Positions 1 to 9,734 are shown, counted from the stretch's first letter. The stretch is 54,361 bases of DNA from Spirochaetota bacterium (GCA_050298055.1 JBNKTL010000033.1:1-54361), one strand, 5' to 3'. The notes: generated from the sequence alone by a model not told the origin. Numbers and translations: made by a program.

Positions 1-1
1 G

Positions 2-322
2 ATATGGATCACCTTTCCCGATCCTCACGAAAAAAAATCCGCAAAGAGCATCCGCAGGAGATTCACGTCAATATCATACCTCTTACTCTTTAAGAAAATT
101 CTGAAAGATAACGGTATTATCCACCTTAAAACAGATTCCGAGGAACTCACCCGGTTTACAAAATCTGAAATCAGGAAGATATCGGGAAAAATCTGTGTTG
201 AGATGGAAGATATCCACAGGGATAAATCCGCTGATCACCGGCTCAGGGAGATACTGACCAGGTATGAGAAGCGCTTTATTGCTCAATCAAAGGCCATTAG
301 ATATCTGCGGTTTGTTCTCTGA
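2..322 (+). CDS. trmB: tRNA (guanine-N7)-methyltransferase, 3' part (gene truncated by window start; not in ORF track)
   Basis: Frame 2 reads IWITFPDPHEKK..RRRFTS..ILKDNGIIHLKTD..TRYEKRF..IRYLRFVL* (TGA 320-322). FPDP, LKTD and T-x-YE are TrmB motifs. Confidence 0.85.
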   Translation: MWITFPDPHEKKSAKSIRRRFTSISYLLLFKKILKDNGIIHLKTDSEELTRFTKSEIRKISGKICVEMEDIHRDKSADHRLREILTRYEKRFIAQSKAIRYLRFVL

Positions 323-364
323 GAAACCCGAGGATCCCAGCATCCGGAACCCCCAGTTCTTTCA

Positions 365-1006
365 CTATCTCTTTTTTATATCCTGCTTCTCTTTTAACTG
401 GACGGTGACTTTCTTCCTCGGTTTGGGCGGCCGGGGCTCCTTTTTCTGTGCTCTGACTTTTTTCCCGGGCAGTTTTTTCCAGTTGAGCTGGTGGACAATA
501 TCAGCCAGATCAATAAGTTCCCGGTGAACGGTATTTTCATCACCATACCATAAGGTAACTGTGGCACCCGATTCCTTCACCGCCTCTATTGCCGGGATGA
601 AGTCACTGTCCCCTGCCACAACGATAACATGCTGAATATGCCCTGCGGCGGCATGCCTTACCATGTCCACAGAAAGAAGAACATCAACCCGTTTCTGCTC
701 GAAATACTCCTTATAGCCGTCCCAGTTCCTTTTCAACACGCCCAATCGTATCGCCCATCTCTCAAGGGCGCTGATCTTGTTCATGAATGCCTCATGTTCA
801 TCCATCCGGGCGATCTCCCTCTCCGTAGGCTCGGGAGACATCCAGGGGGGACAGTAATAGAAATAGCACCGCAGGAGATCAAGGGAAATGGATTTCCGCA
901 AGGGTTTCATCAGGTATTCTGTCAGGTCTTCATACCGGGGCTCTATCTCATGCTTCTTCATCAGTGAAAGGAAATATGCTCCGTCAATAAAAATTGCTGC
1001 TCTCAA
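365..1006 (-). CDS. NYN domain (LabA/DUF88, PIN-like) protein
   Basis: FIDG, EQKRVDV and AGDSDF acidic motifs intact; TTG start with GGAG RBS; basic C-terminal tail. Confidence 0.85.
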   Translation of the reverse strand: MRAAIFIDGAYFLSLMKKHEIEPRYEDLTEYLMKPLRKSISLDLLRCYFYYCPPWMSPEPTEREIARMDEHEAFMNKISALERWAIRLGVLKRNWDGYKEYFEQKRVDVLLSVDMVRHAAAGHIQHVIVVAGDSDFIPAIEAVKESGATVTLWYGDENTVHRELIDLADIVHQLNWKKLPGKKVRAQKKEPRPPKPRKKVTVQLKEKQDIKKR

Positions 1007-1097
1007 TGTGTAACTCCATTATATGAAAATTTACCTATCATAATTGTAACGATTCAGCTATATGGCTAAAAGACTCTCTATTCAGGAAATAATAATA

Positions 1098-1129
1098 ATG
1101 TGCCCGTCGCCACCGCGGAGGGGCGCACC
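1098..1129. repeat. Degenerate copy of the ATGTCCCCGCCG palindrome family
   Basis: atgtgcccgtcgccaccgcggaggggcgcacc aligns with the reverse complement of the 14963 copy. Confidence 0.45.
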
Positions 1130-1363
1130 GTTTATTTTATTTTGTTAACATGTCATTTTTAGATATAGTTGAAAAGTTACTTTTTTAAAACCATCAATAC
1201 CCCGGGAAATAATTTTATAAAAATCCGGGGAAAAAAAGTTGATTTTTGATGAGAATAAGTGCATTATTTTACAGGCAGATAATCACGTAAAGCAGATTAT
1301 TGGGTATCTTTTAAAAATTAAAGCCCCTTATGTATATAATTTTATTGTATCCCGGAGAAATTT

Positions 1364-2182
1364 ATGTTCAAGACATTTTTACTTCTTTTCGCGCTTACCG
1401 CTTTTTTTATCTTTGTGGGAAAACTCCTCGCAGGGAGGAAGGGAATGGTTATTGCCTTCATTTTTGCCCTGGCCATGAACGGGGTCTCATACTGGTACGC
1501 CGACACAATCGTCCTGAAGGCATATAATGCCCGGCCGGCAGAGGAAGGGCACAGGCTGGAGCGGATTACACGGGAGGTGGCCCGAAAGGCCGGTCTTCCC
1601 ATGCCCAGGGTCTATATTATCCCCTCGCAATCGGCAAACGCCTTCGCTACCGGAAGGGACCCGGAACACGCCGCTGTTGCCGCAACCGAAGGGATACTCA
1701 GGCTACTCAATGATTATGAACTTACGGGAGTCATGGCCCACGAGATAGGCCATGTGAAAAACCGGGACACACTTATCCAGACTGTGGCGGCCTCAATCTC
1801 AGGGGGGGTTATGCTTCTCTCCCGGTTCGCCCTCTTTTTCGGCGGGAACAGGAAGCGGAGCTGGGCAAAAACCATTGCCATTTCAATCGTTGCGCCCATA
1901 GCCGCGGGGCTGATAACCATGGCAATATCCAGGGAGAGGGAATTCGGGGCCGATGAATTTGCCGCAAAGCTCACGGGGAAACCCATGTCACTGGCATCCG
2001 CGCTGCAAAAACTTGCGGCGGGGGTGAAACAGCGCCCCATGGATGACCACAGCCCGGAGACTGCCCACATGTTTATCGTAAACCCCTTTTCTTCCGCAAA
2101 CTACAGGGCGCTCTTCTCAACACATCCACCGGTGGAGAAGAGGATACAGAGGCTGAGCAGACTGGCGGGAGAGATGAGGTAA
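1364..2182 (+). CDS. htpX: Membrane zinc metalloprotease HtpX (M48)
   Basis: NAFATG, HEIGH, SREREFGAD and STHPP motifs; N-terminal TM helices. Confidence 0.93.
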   Translation: MFKTFLLLFALTAFFIFVGKLLAGRKGMVIAFIFALAMNGVSYWYADTIVLKAYNARPAEEGHRLERITREVARKAGLPMPRVYIIPSQSANAFATGRDPEHAAVAATEGILRLLNDYELTGVMAHEIGHVKNRDTLIQTVAASISGGVMLLSRFALFFGGNRKRSWAKTIAISIVAPIAAGLITMAISREREFGADEFAAKLTGKPMSLASALQKLAAGVKQRPMDDHSPETAHMFIVNPFSSANYRALFSTHPPVEKRIQRLSRLAGEMR

Positions 2183-2185
2183 CCG

Positions 2186-2223
2186 CCGGTGAAGAAGGGT
2201 TTTCTTCTACCGGTGTCTTTTTT
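2186..2223 (+). terminator. Probable intrinsic terminator between convergent genes
   Basis: ccggtgaagaa..ttcttctaccgg stem followed by a T-rich tract. Confidence 0.55.
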
Positions 2224-2232
2224 CTCAAAATT

Positions 2233-3210
2233 TTATTTTTTCGATAAAGAGAAGATACCGGTAAAGCCCGCATTATCTTTCCAGGTCCCGATTAATTTTT
2301 TCCCGTTGTCCCTGATCTGCGCTTCCAGTTTCACGCTGAATCCCCGGGAATCTGTTAATTCCGCATTAAATGATTGTTCTTTTTTAAAAGGCTTGTAGGT
2401 AAATTTTTCAATTCTGGCAATCTGTTTTCCCTTTATTCTGATCTGACCATTTTTAAAGAGCCCGCTTTTTGAAAAAATTATTTCTGCCCGGGCAATTCCG
2501 AACTTGCTTACGGTATATTCTCCCTGCCAGCTGCCGGCAAGTATTTTTGAACTGTACTCCGGTGCGTTGTATTTTTGGGGATATGTTGTATAGACCAGCT
2601 CCACATGAGGACTTCTTGTTAACGCTTCCGGAGTTATCATCATTCTTTCAAGGGGTAAGGCGCCCTTTTCAAGATAGCGGATAAATTTTTCATGGGGCCG
2701 CCACTTAAGAGATCCCAGTTTTTGTAATTTACCAATTTTAATTTTCGGTCCGCGCAAATAAGCTTTATAGACAAGTTCCGAGCAGTAAATTTTCAGATCA
2801 TCCATCCGGTAACGTATGTCATAGGGGCGTCCCAGCATCTTTTCCGCTTCAATGAGAGCAAGCCGGTATTTTTTATCCGTTAGATTTTTTACACGAAACT
2901 GGGCGAATACTCCGGCCATCCCCCTGTTTATCCATTGGAGCAGGGGTGTGTATTGCACCGGTCCTATTGCTTCCAGAACATAGGGTTTCTCCCCTTTATA
3001 AACGACCATCCCGCAATGGGAATATTGCGAGTCGGTTACGTCCGCGATGACCGATGTAAGATATCCCGGAATATGCTGGAACAGTATATCCCCGTTTTTA
3101 AAATGATATTTTCCCAGGTCTTTCTGTGCCACACTATTCTGCTTTTGAAAACAGGAGGTCCACAGGAGCATTAATAGCAGCAGGGGTATAAATTTTTTCT
3201 TCTTTTTCAT
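2233..3210 (-). CDS. YiiX/YebB-like permuted papain (NlpC/P60) cysteine hydrolase lipoprotein with extra C-terminal beta domain
   Basis: Lipobox WTS-C; GDILFQ, YSHCG, VLEA, GRPYD and YCSELV (His before Cys, the permuted order). Confidence 0.8.
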   Translation of the reverse strand: MKKKKKFIPLLLLMLLWTSCFQKQNSVAQKDLGKYHFKNGDILFQHIPGYLTSVIADVTDSQYSHCGMVVYKGEKPYVLEAIGPVQYTPLLQWINRGMAGVFAQFRVKNLTDKKYRLALIEAEKMLGRPYDIRYRMDDLKIYCSELVYKAYLRGPKIKIGKLQKLGSLKWRPHEKFIRYLEKGALPLERMMITPEALTRSPHVELVYTTYPQKYNAPEYSSKILAGSWQGEYTVSKFGIARAEIIFSKSGLFKNGQIRIKGKQIARIEKFTYKPFKKEQSFNAELTDSRGFSVKLEAQIRDNGKKLIGTWKDNAGFTGIFSLSKK

Positions 3211-3231
3211 TAAACTCAGTCCTTTAATAAA

Positions 3232-3582
3232 TTAACTTTTTTTCCTCGTTTCCTTTTTCTTTTTCCCTGATTTTGGTTTTGGCTCCGGTAATTCTTCCGC
3301 CGTGATCTTTACCAAGCGGCCCATCCACTCTTTATCTTCCAACTGCTCCCCTATGAGAAAATACGGTTTTGCCCCGGGATAAGGAGGAGCTTCAACCATA
3401 TCCTGAATAAAATCTCTTCCCGCGTCAGTGGGTTTTATAAACAGTTGATTGTCGCAGATCAGGGCTATGACCTTCTCGTCACAATAGAGCGCGTATTCCC
3501 CAAACATTTTCCTATACCTTATCACGCCAGCGTTTTCCATCTGCTCAGCAACAAATTCCACAAAACCCTGATCTGACGCCAT
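3232..3582 (-). CDS. TfoX/Sxy N-terminal domain protein
   Basis: RKMFGEYALY, ALICDNQLFIKPT, PPYPGAK. Confidence 0.88.
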   Translation of the reverse strand: MASDQGFVEFVAEQMENAGVIRYRKMFGEYALYCDEKVIALICDNQLFIKPTDAGRDFIQDMVEAPPYPGAKPYFLIGEQLEDKEWMGRLVKITAEELPEPKPKSGKKKKETRKKS

Positions 3583-3894
3583 ACACCCGCCTTCTTATAC
3601 ATTACATAATGGTCTTTTTGAGCCGCACTGTTTTCCGCACCGGCTGTGCCTGAGTAAAACAGAAATCCCTTCATTCCCTCACAATTACAAAAAGGTTTTC
3701 AGAAAAAGTCAACAACAATCGAATGTTATTGAGGTGTTCTCCCGATGGAACCGGCAGTAAAAAATTGAAATTGATACTTCTCATAAACTATTTTTTTCCC
3801 GCCATTCAATATTTTTCTCTTCACGACAATTCTCTTCCTTGACATTTTATCCTAAAAATAGTATGTCATTTATCACACAACAGGAGCGCCATTC

Positions 3895-4947
3895 ATGAAA
3901 AAGATCATTGCCCTCTCTGTACTTATTGTTCCCCTGGCCCTTTCGGGAAAAAACTCCTTTGTCTCGCTGGCCTACACCGAATCCGGTTCGGTGAAAGAAT
4001 ATTCCTTCTTGACCTCATCCCCGGTGATAAAAGGGAGTGTCCCGGAACTCTATGCACGGGGGAAAAGCCTGATAAAAGAAAGAAACTATACCGGGGCCCT
4101 CCCCTATCTGAAGGGTATTATCAGGCAGGGGAAAGACCCCCGGTACCGGGCAGGGGCCTGTTACCTTCTGGGGATCTGTTTCCGGGAAATGAAAAAATAT
4201 GATTGGAGCCTCAAGTCCCTGACAAATGCCGAGGCCTTCCTCTCCCTGAACCGGGGCAAACTGATGAGCGAAGAGGACGATATTCTGGGAAATTTCCATA
4301 CGACATTGGCCCGGATCTACCGGGAGATAAGCCTCACCTATCTGCGATGGAATAAATACGCCAGCGCCATTACTTACCTCTGGCAGTCACGCCGGGTGGG
4401 GGGTGACCCTTACGGACCCGGGGCCTATGAACCGGGGTCATTAAAAATTCTGGCACCGGTAAAGGACACCGCCCAGAAAAAACTTCTGGACTACCCCCTT
4501 TACAGATTCATGGCCGCGCCGGTAAAGGCGCCCACCCTGAAGAGTGTGAGAAAAAGATACTTCAGGACCATAGGAGAAGGCGACAGAAAATTCCGTGACT
4601 TTAAAGCAGAAGCCGGGATAAACGAACCCCTCTTTATGAGACCGCTCCCCGCGGAACCGGTGAAGAATCCTTCCTCAAAGGGGGGACTTTACACCGTGCA
4701 TTATAACCAGAGCGGCAAAATTGTTCTCATTGTACACAATAGTAAAGAGGCGGAAGATTTCAACATCTCCCTCTCTTATCAGAAGGGGAAACCGGTTTCC
4801 TCTCTCCTGGAGTCCCACACCTATCACTACAAATATGCCAGGTTCCATTATGAAAAAGGTAAACTGAAATTTTTAATGATCATAACCATGGAGACCCACA
4901 CGGCCCATTACGGGTTCATGCCCCTGGTGCGGCTTTATGTTTTTTGA
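3895..4947 (+). CDS. Exported TPR-containing hypothetical protein
   Basis: Signal peptide; TPR-like helices (ACYLLGICFREMKKY); AGGAG RBS; TTGACA upstream near 3839. Confidence 0.6.
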   Translation: MKKIIALSVLIVPLALSGKNSFVSLAYTESGSVKEYSFLTSSPVIKGSVPELYARGKSLIKERNYTGALPYLKGIIRQGKDPRYRAGACYLLGICFREMKKYDWSLKSLTNAEAFLSLNRGKLMSEEDDILGNFHTTLARIYREISLTYLRWNKYASAITYLWQSRRVGGDPYGPGAYEPGSLKILAPVKDTAQKKLLDYPLYRFMAAPVKAPTLKSVRKRYFRTIGEGDRKFRDFKAEAGINEPLFMRPLPAEPVKNPSSKGGLYTVHYNQSGKIVLIVHNSKEAEDFNISLSYQKGKPVSSLLESHTYHYKYARFHYEKGKLKFLMIITMETHTAHYGFMPLVRLYVF

Positions 4948-4987
4948 ATAGTAAATTCAGGTTCGTACCGGAATGAGCATGAATTTA

Positions 4988-5713
4988 TTATTCAGGCTCC
5001 CTGAACTCCCCGGTCAGGACCTTAATAAGAACAGGAGTAAACCTTCTCCTTATATTCTGGATCGAATCGGACGGCAGTTCAAATGTGATTAGCTGGATCT
5101 TATTCTCCATGGCCCAGGTCCCGAAGGAGCCGGGAACAGGATACCCGATATCGGTGACAAGGGGCAGGCCGGTCTCCCCGGAGAGCCATTTCCCCAGGGG
5201 AGTGGGCCCCGGGTCATCGATACACTCCATGGGTGCATGAATGGAGATAATGTACTCCGGCCGCAGCTCATCCACCAGTTTCAGGAGCGCGGCTGTCTCC
5301 GGCTCAGAAACAGGTCCCGTACCGGCGGAGAGTTCCGTATCCCGGGGGTTTTCATTGTTCCAGCTGTAACAGACCGGCCTGCTGCTCCAGTCTGATGTGG
5401 GGAAATTCCTGTTCAGGTCTACACCGGAGGCATTGCACCGTGTTCCCCGGGCAAGCCCGTCGGGATTAAGGGCGGGTACTACCGGGCACAGGAGTTCGCC
5501 TTTTGGGATTGTCCTGAGAACAGAGGAGAGGAGAACGGTTGATTCCGGCTCTGTCCCATGCTGGCCGGCAATCACCAGGCAGCTCACAGGACCCTTGCCA
5601 GGTCCAAAGACCTCCAGGGGGGCTCCCGGCCTGCTCATGCCGAAAGTTCTTCTGTTATGATCAATTGTTCCTCTCTTCTCTCTCGGAACCAATTTACTGT
5701 TGAGTTCATCCAT
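4988..5713 (-). CDS. mpaA: Murein tripeptide amidase MpaA-like M14 zinc carboxypeptidase
   Basis: HGTE, NPDG, RCNASGVDLNRNFP, SEPET, GYPVPGSFGTW, ITFELP. Confidence 0.85.
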   Translation of the reverse strand: MDELNSKLVPREKRGTIDHNRRTFGMSRPGAPLEVFGPGKGPVSCLVIAGQHGTEPESTVLLSSVLRTIPKGELLCPVVPALNPDGLARGTRCNASGVDLNRNFPTSDWSSRPVCYSWNNENPRDTELSAGTGPVSEPETAALLKLVDELRPEYIISIHAPMECIDDPGPTPLGKWLSGETGLPLVTDIGYPVPGSFGTWAMENKIQLITFELPSDSIQNIRRRFTPVLIKVLTGEFREPE

Positions 5714-5799
5714 TCTCTTTCCTCACACCTGAGTCCTTTGAATGAAAATTATTCTCTCCTGTTCTTGCTGTAAACTAATATTTATGCAAAGTTATGTAC

Positions 5800-6010
5800 A
5801 CCGCGAAGATAACGAAGAAGGATAATTGAACCGCCAAGGCGCAAAGGGCGCAAAGTTTAAGATAATGTTAAATGTTGGATTTTAAATGATCTTATCAAAA
5901 TAGGTTTCTTTAATTAAAATTCAAAATTAAAAACTCTTCCTTTGCGTACTTAGCGCCTTTGCGGTTCAAGACTCTTTCTCTTTCTTCGTGGACTTTGTGC
6001 GCTTCGTGGT
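5800..6010. repeat. Nested inverted repeats built from 9-bp-periodic units
   Basis: 5826-5855 pairs with 5940-5969 (26/30 matches); outer arms 5800-5820 and 5983-6010; related copies at 38822-39013. Confidence 0.8.
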
Positions 6011-6150
6011 AAATCTCTTTTTTTTTATTTGCGGATGGAGCATTATTTATATAGATAATAATATTGACACGGCCTTGATAAATCTTTAATTTATCAATAA
6101 AGAAACAGAAGAAACGGGGGAGATATGAAAAGAAGAGAAACGGGCCGGTC

Positions 6151-7257
6151 ATGGAGATACTGACTCTCTCCATACTCTTTGCCGTATCAGCCATTGGCGG
6201 TTTCGCCATGCACAGGTCGGATTTCTGCATTGCGGGAATGTTTCGGGACTTTTTTCTCTTCAGAAGAACGTCCTCCCTCAAGGCCCTTTTCGTGCTTGTT
6301 CTCGTCAGCATGGTCCTCTTTCATCTCTTTTATGCCACGGGACTTGTACCGGCAATCCCTTTTCCCCTCTATGCCGCTCCCACAATGGGAGCGTTCTTCG
6401 GCGGAATAATTTTTGGCATGGGGATGGTCCTTGCGGGGGGCTGTATTTTCGGCACACTCTACAAGGCCGGCGCAGGCCAGGGCGTCAGCATTGTGGCCCT
6501 TGCCGGCACCATAGCGGGGAGCGGAATATTTTTATTGACTGCCGGCATCTGGGCCCCCGCAGGAAAACTTTTCAAAATCAATACGAAAGATGTGACCCTG
6601 CTCCAGACTCTGGGGATACCCTGGACAACGGCAGTACCGGTCCTGGCCGCGGCTGGCGGTCTCCTGGTATACTACTGGTACAGGCAGGGAAGTTTTACTC
6701 TCTCATACGCCCCGGAAGGATATATTCACCCGCTGAAAACAGCTGTTATACTCTCCTGCGTGTCTCTTGTTTCACTGATCATCATCTCAATCCCCCCGGG
6801 TATTACAAGCAGCTATACGAAACTCTTCTCAGGCCTTATTTACTTTTTTTCACCGGACCGGTACGCGGACATGCCGATATTTAAAAAGAGAGTGGTTGAG
6901 TATTACAACACTTTTACAGATACGACAATAACCGGTACAATTGGGTACAAAATTGACGGCATCTTTTTTGTACAGCTGCCGGTTATTACCGGAGTGATTT
7001 TCGGTTCATTCATATCCGCCGTTCACCTGAAGGAGTTCTCACTTAAGTTCACTGCGCCCTTCAGGCAGTATATCAGCGGGTTTACCGGGGGTATCCTTAT
7101 GGGATGGAGCGCGCGGATATCAGCAGGATGTAATGTATGGCATATCTTCGGCGGCATGCCTGTACTCGGCTGGACGGCAATAATTTTTATACCCTCGATA
7201 ATGATCGGAACATGGATAGGGTCGGTTTTACTGAAGTCGGTGGTCTTGAGAAACTGA
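6151..7257 (+). CDS. YeeE/YedE (TsuA-like) sulfur-compound transporter
   Basis: Polytopic membrane protein with the three conserved Cys motifs DFCIAG, LAGGCIFG and SAGCNV. Confidence 0.88.
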   Translation: MEILTLSILFAVSAIGGFAMHRSDFCIAGMFRDFFLFRRTSSLKALFVLVLVSMVLFHLFYATGLVPAIPFPLYAAPTMGAFFGGIIFGMGMVLAGGCIFGTLYKAGAGQGVSIVALAGTIAGSGIFLLTAGIWAPAGKLFKINTKDVTLLQTLGIPWTTAVPVLAAAGGLLVYYWYRQGSFTLSYAPEGYIHPLKTAVILSCVSLVSLIIISIPPGITSSYTKLFSGLIYFFSPDRYADMPIFKKRVVEYYNTFTDTTITGTIGYKIDGIFFVQLPVITGVIFGSFISAVHLKEFSLKFTAPFRQYISGFTGGILMGWSARISAGCNVWHIFGGMPVLGWTAIIFIPSIMIGTWIGSVLLKSVVLRN

Positions 7258-7261
7258 ACAT

Positions 7262-7510
7262 ATGGGAACAAAAAAATATGACATCCGGGGCCAGATATGC
7301 CCGTCAACACTTCTCATGGTATTAAAGGAAGTGAATGAAAACAGTGAGACTCTCAAGAGCGGTGAGATGGAACTTGTCTTTCTCACGGACAACAGGGACG
7401 CGCTGGTTACTATCCCCCAGTCGGTAGAAACAATGGGATATTGTATAGAAACAATGAAGGAAAAGGGACACTACAGGATTACAATAAAGGGGTCTCTGGA
7501 CAGGCCATGA
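7262..7510 (+). CDS. TusA/YeeD-family sulfur carrier (CPST variant)
   Basis: YDIRGQICPSTLL, LVFLTDN, IP..V..MGY; 82 aa. Confidence 0.85.
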   Translation: MGTKKYDIRGQICPSTLLMVLKEVNENSETLKSGEMELVFLTDNRDALVTIPQSVETMGYCIETMKEKGHYRITIKGSLDRP

Positions 7511-9612
7511 CAAAAACCTTTGATATATCGAAACATGAAGAGCGGATAAACCTCCTTACCCGTTATATCAGGGACAAGATAAACCAGCTCCTCAACATAA
7601 TCGGGACAGCACCCATAAATGACTCTGAACTCACCGATGCCATGCTCACTGAGCTTGATCCCATAGGGATTGTTGCCGATTCATTTAAGCAGGTCCTCAT
7701 CAACCTGAGGAATGTCAACCGGGAGCTCAAGCTGGCCCGGGACGAAATACAGGCAATATTTGAATCTGTAGGCCTGGGACTCCTTGTTGTTGATCCCGAC
7801 CTGAAAATTGTCGCCCAGAACCGGAAGATAAAGGAGCTGTTTCATGAAAAGGAGAACAACTCTGAGGGAAAATTCTGCTATGAATTAACATGCAAGCATC
7901 AGAGCAAAATTCAAGACTGCACGGCAAGGGAAGTCTTTGAAAAGAACAGGCTTGTGGAAAAGCATCACTGGAAATGTCAGGATACGACTTTCCATGTAAT
8001 TGGCGCACCGATCAAGGATTCAGAGGGCAAACCGGTACTTGCGGTACTCTCCTATTACAACATTTCAGAGCAGTTAAAACAGGAAGAAGAGAGGGAGAAG
8101 GAGAGAGAGCTCCTGAGGATCACACTGGAGGGAATAAATGAAGGGATACTCTCCCTGGACCAGAACGGGGCTATCATCCTTGCGAACAGCGCCGCGGAAG
8201 ATATCCTTGAACAGAAGAAAGAAGAGCTCATCGGAAAACAAATTGAAGATCTCAATTTTTGCAAGAAGTTAGTATTTCAGGACAAACAGGTATTCTATCC
8301 GGAATTCAGCAAACAACTTCAGCCGTACCAGGGTTCTATGTGTATTCACTGTGACAGTGAAGAAGGTAAACAGATATTGGAGATTTACCAGATACCGCTC
8401 CTGTTCAGTGAAAAAATAAAATCAACAACGGTACTTATTATCAGGGACATTACGGAAAACCTGAGGATAGAGAGGGAAATGCTGAACTTCGAGAAGCTGG
8501 AGTCCCTCTCGATACTGGCAGGAGGGATTGCCCACGGTTTCAATAATATACTCACATCTGTCATGTCCAGTATTGACCTGGCAAGGATGAACCTGGACAA
8601 CAGGGATGAGTCGGAGACGTACCTCAACTACGCGGACACCGCCCTTGACCAGGCCAGAAAACTGGTCAAACAGCTCTCTGTTTTTGCCAAGGGCGGTTCA
8701 CCCATAAAGGAGGTGACTTCTCTCAGGGAACTCTTCCATGAAGTCATACAATTCTCCCTTGACGGAAGCAATGTAAAGCATGAGCTGTCAATAAGTAATG
8801 ACCTCTGGCTTGTGCATATTGATGTGGCGCAGTTTGGACAGGTCATCAATAACCTGCTTCTCAATTCTCTCCAGGCAATGAGTGGAGGAGGTACAATCAG
8901 GCTGAAGGCGGATAACTATATTAAGACAGCGGGGGATAAAGGCATTCCCATCCCAAACGGCAGGTATGTGAAGCTGTTAATTGAAGATACGGGAACGGGC
9001 ATTGAAGAACAGAACCTCAAAAGGATATTCGATCCTTTCTTCTCAACCAGGCCCGGTAGCAGCGGTATCGGCCTCGCGTCCGCATATTCAATAGTAAAAC
9101 GCCATTACGGACATATTGCTGTTAAATCAAAACCGGGAACAGGGACAACCTTTACGATTTACCTTCCGGCAACCCGTTCCATGAATGCGGAGGGGGAGAA
9201 AAAAGTCAAAGAGGAGAAGAAAAAGAGAGATAAAATCCGCATAATGATTGTGGATGATGATGAAATGATACTCAAATCAACAGGAAAACTATTGAAATTA
9301 ATGGGATATTATGTAGATACTGCCACAAATGGAGAAACCGGCATTAAAATAATGAAAGAGAACCTGGCAGAGAACATTCACTACGACCTGGTAATTCTTG
9401 ACCTGGTCATACCGGGAGGTATGGGAGGAGTAGAGACCTTAAAACACCTGAGAGAGATAGCCCCTGATATCAAGGCAGTCGTCTCAAGCGGATATTCCGA
9501 TGAAGAGGTCCTGGGAAACTACAGCGAATATGGATTTAATGGGATCGTCCCCAAACCATATAAATCAGCAGAACTGCAGGATGAAATAAATAAAGTCCTG
9601 TCAGAAGCTTAA
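7507..9612 (+). CDS. Hybrid sensor histidine kinase (N-terminal helical region, 2 PAS, HisKA, HATPase, REC)
   Basis: ATG 7507 overlaps the TusA stop (ATGA); LAGGIAHGFNN, NLLLNS, DTGTG and FDPFFST boxes; C-terminal REC (VDDD, LDLVIPG, KP). Confidence 0.9.
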   Translation: MTKTFDISKHEERINLLTRYIRDKINQLLNIIGTAPINDSELTDAMLTELDPIGIVADSFKQVLINLRNVNRELKLARDEIQAIFESVGLGLLVVDPDLKIVAQNRKIKELFHEKENNSEGKFCYELTCKHQSKIQDCTAREVFEKNRLVEKHHWKCQDTTFHVIGAPIKDSEGKPVLAVLSYYNISEQLKQEEEREKERELLRITLEGINEGILSLDQNGAIILANSAAEDILEQKKEELIGKQIEDLNFCKKLVFQDKQVFYPEFSKQLQPYQGSMCIHCDSEEGKQILEIYQIPLLFSEKIKSTTVLIIRDITENLRIEREMLNFEKLESLSILAGGIAHGFNNILTSVMSSIDLARMNLDNRDESETYLNYADTALDQARKLVKQLSVFAKGGSPIKEVTSLRELFHEVIQFSLDGSNVKHELSISNDLWLVHIDVAQFGQVINNLLLNSLQAMSGGGTIRLKADNYIKTAGDKGIPIPNGRYVKLLIEDTGTGIEEQNLKRIFDPFFSTRPGSSGIGLASAYSIVKRHYGHIAVKSKPGTGTTFTIYLPATRSMNAEGEKKVKEEKKKRDKIRIMIVDDDEMILKSTGKLLKLMGYYVDTATNGETGIKIMKENLAENIHYDLVILDLVIPGGMGGVETLKHLREIAPDIKAVVSSGYSDEEVLGNYSEYGFNGIVPKPYKSAELQDEINKVLSEA

Positions 9613-9662
9613 GAAATTTTAAATTTTGAATTTTGAATTATTGAAAAAAGTTTCACTCAAAG

Positions 9663-9734
9663 CCCCCCTAACCCCCGGAGGGGGCATAAGAGAGTATCAG
9701 ATAAATATCTTGCGCCCCCTTAGGGGGTTGGGGG
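9663..9734 (+). repeat. ~72-bp GC-rich hairpin element, copy 1 of 4 (REP/MITE-like)
   Basis: CCCCCTAACCCCC..AGGGGGCATAAGA..TAAATATCTTGCGCCCCCT..GGGGGTTGGGGG; other copies at 27354, 45725 and 49111. Confidence 0.85.

Noticed and set aside
83..527. ORFs 83-286 (-) and 264-527 (+)
   Set aside because: Shadows of the trmB 3' end and of the NYN gene, which carry real family motifs
5910..6311. 133-aa minus-strand ORF ending HEAHKVHEE..RKGAKYAK
   Set aside because: Antisense to yeeE; its C-terminus is just the translation of the 9-bp-periodic repeats
7441..7506. Longer TTG start for the kinase
   Set aside because: Would overlap tusA by 70 nt; the ATGA coupling at 7507 is more plausible
6151..7510. 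Selenocysteine or readthrough in the YeeE/TusA genes
   Set aside because: All motif cysteines are normal Cys codons and both proteins are full length at their TGA stops
9663..9734. Riboswitch or glutamine-responsive leader upstream of glnA
   Set aside because: The same hairpin occurs at three unrelated loci and in both orientations; no known riboswitch consensus recognised
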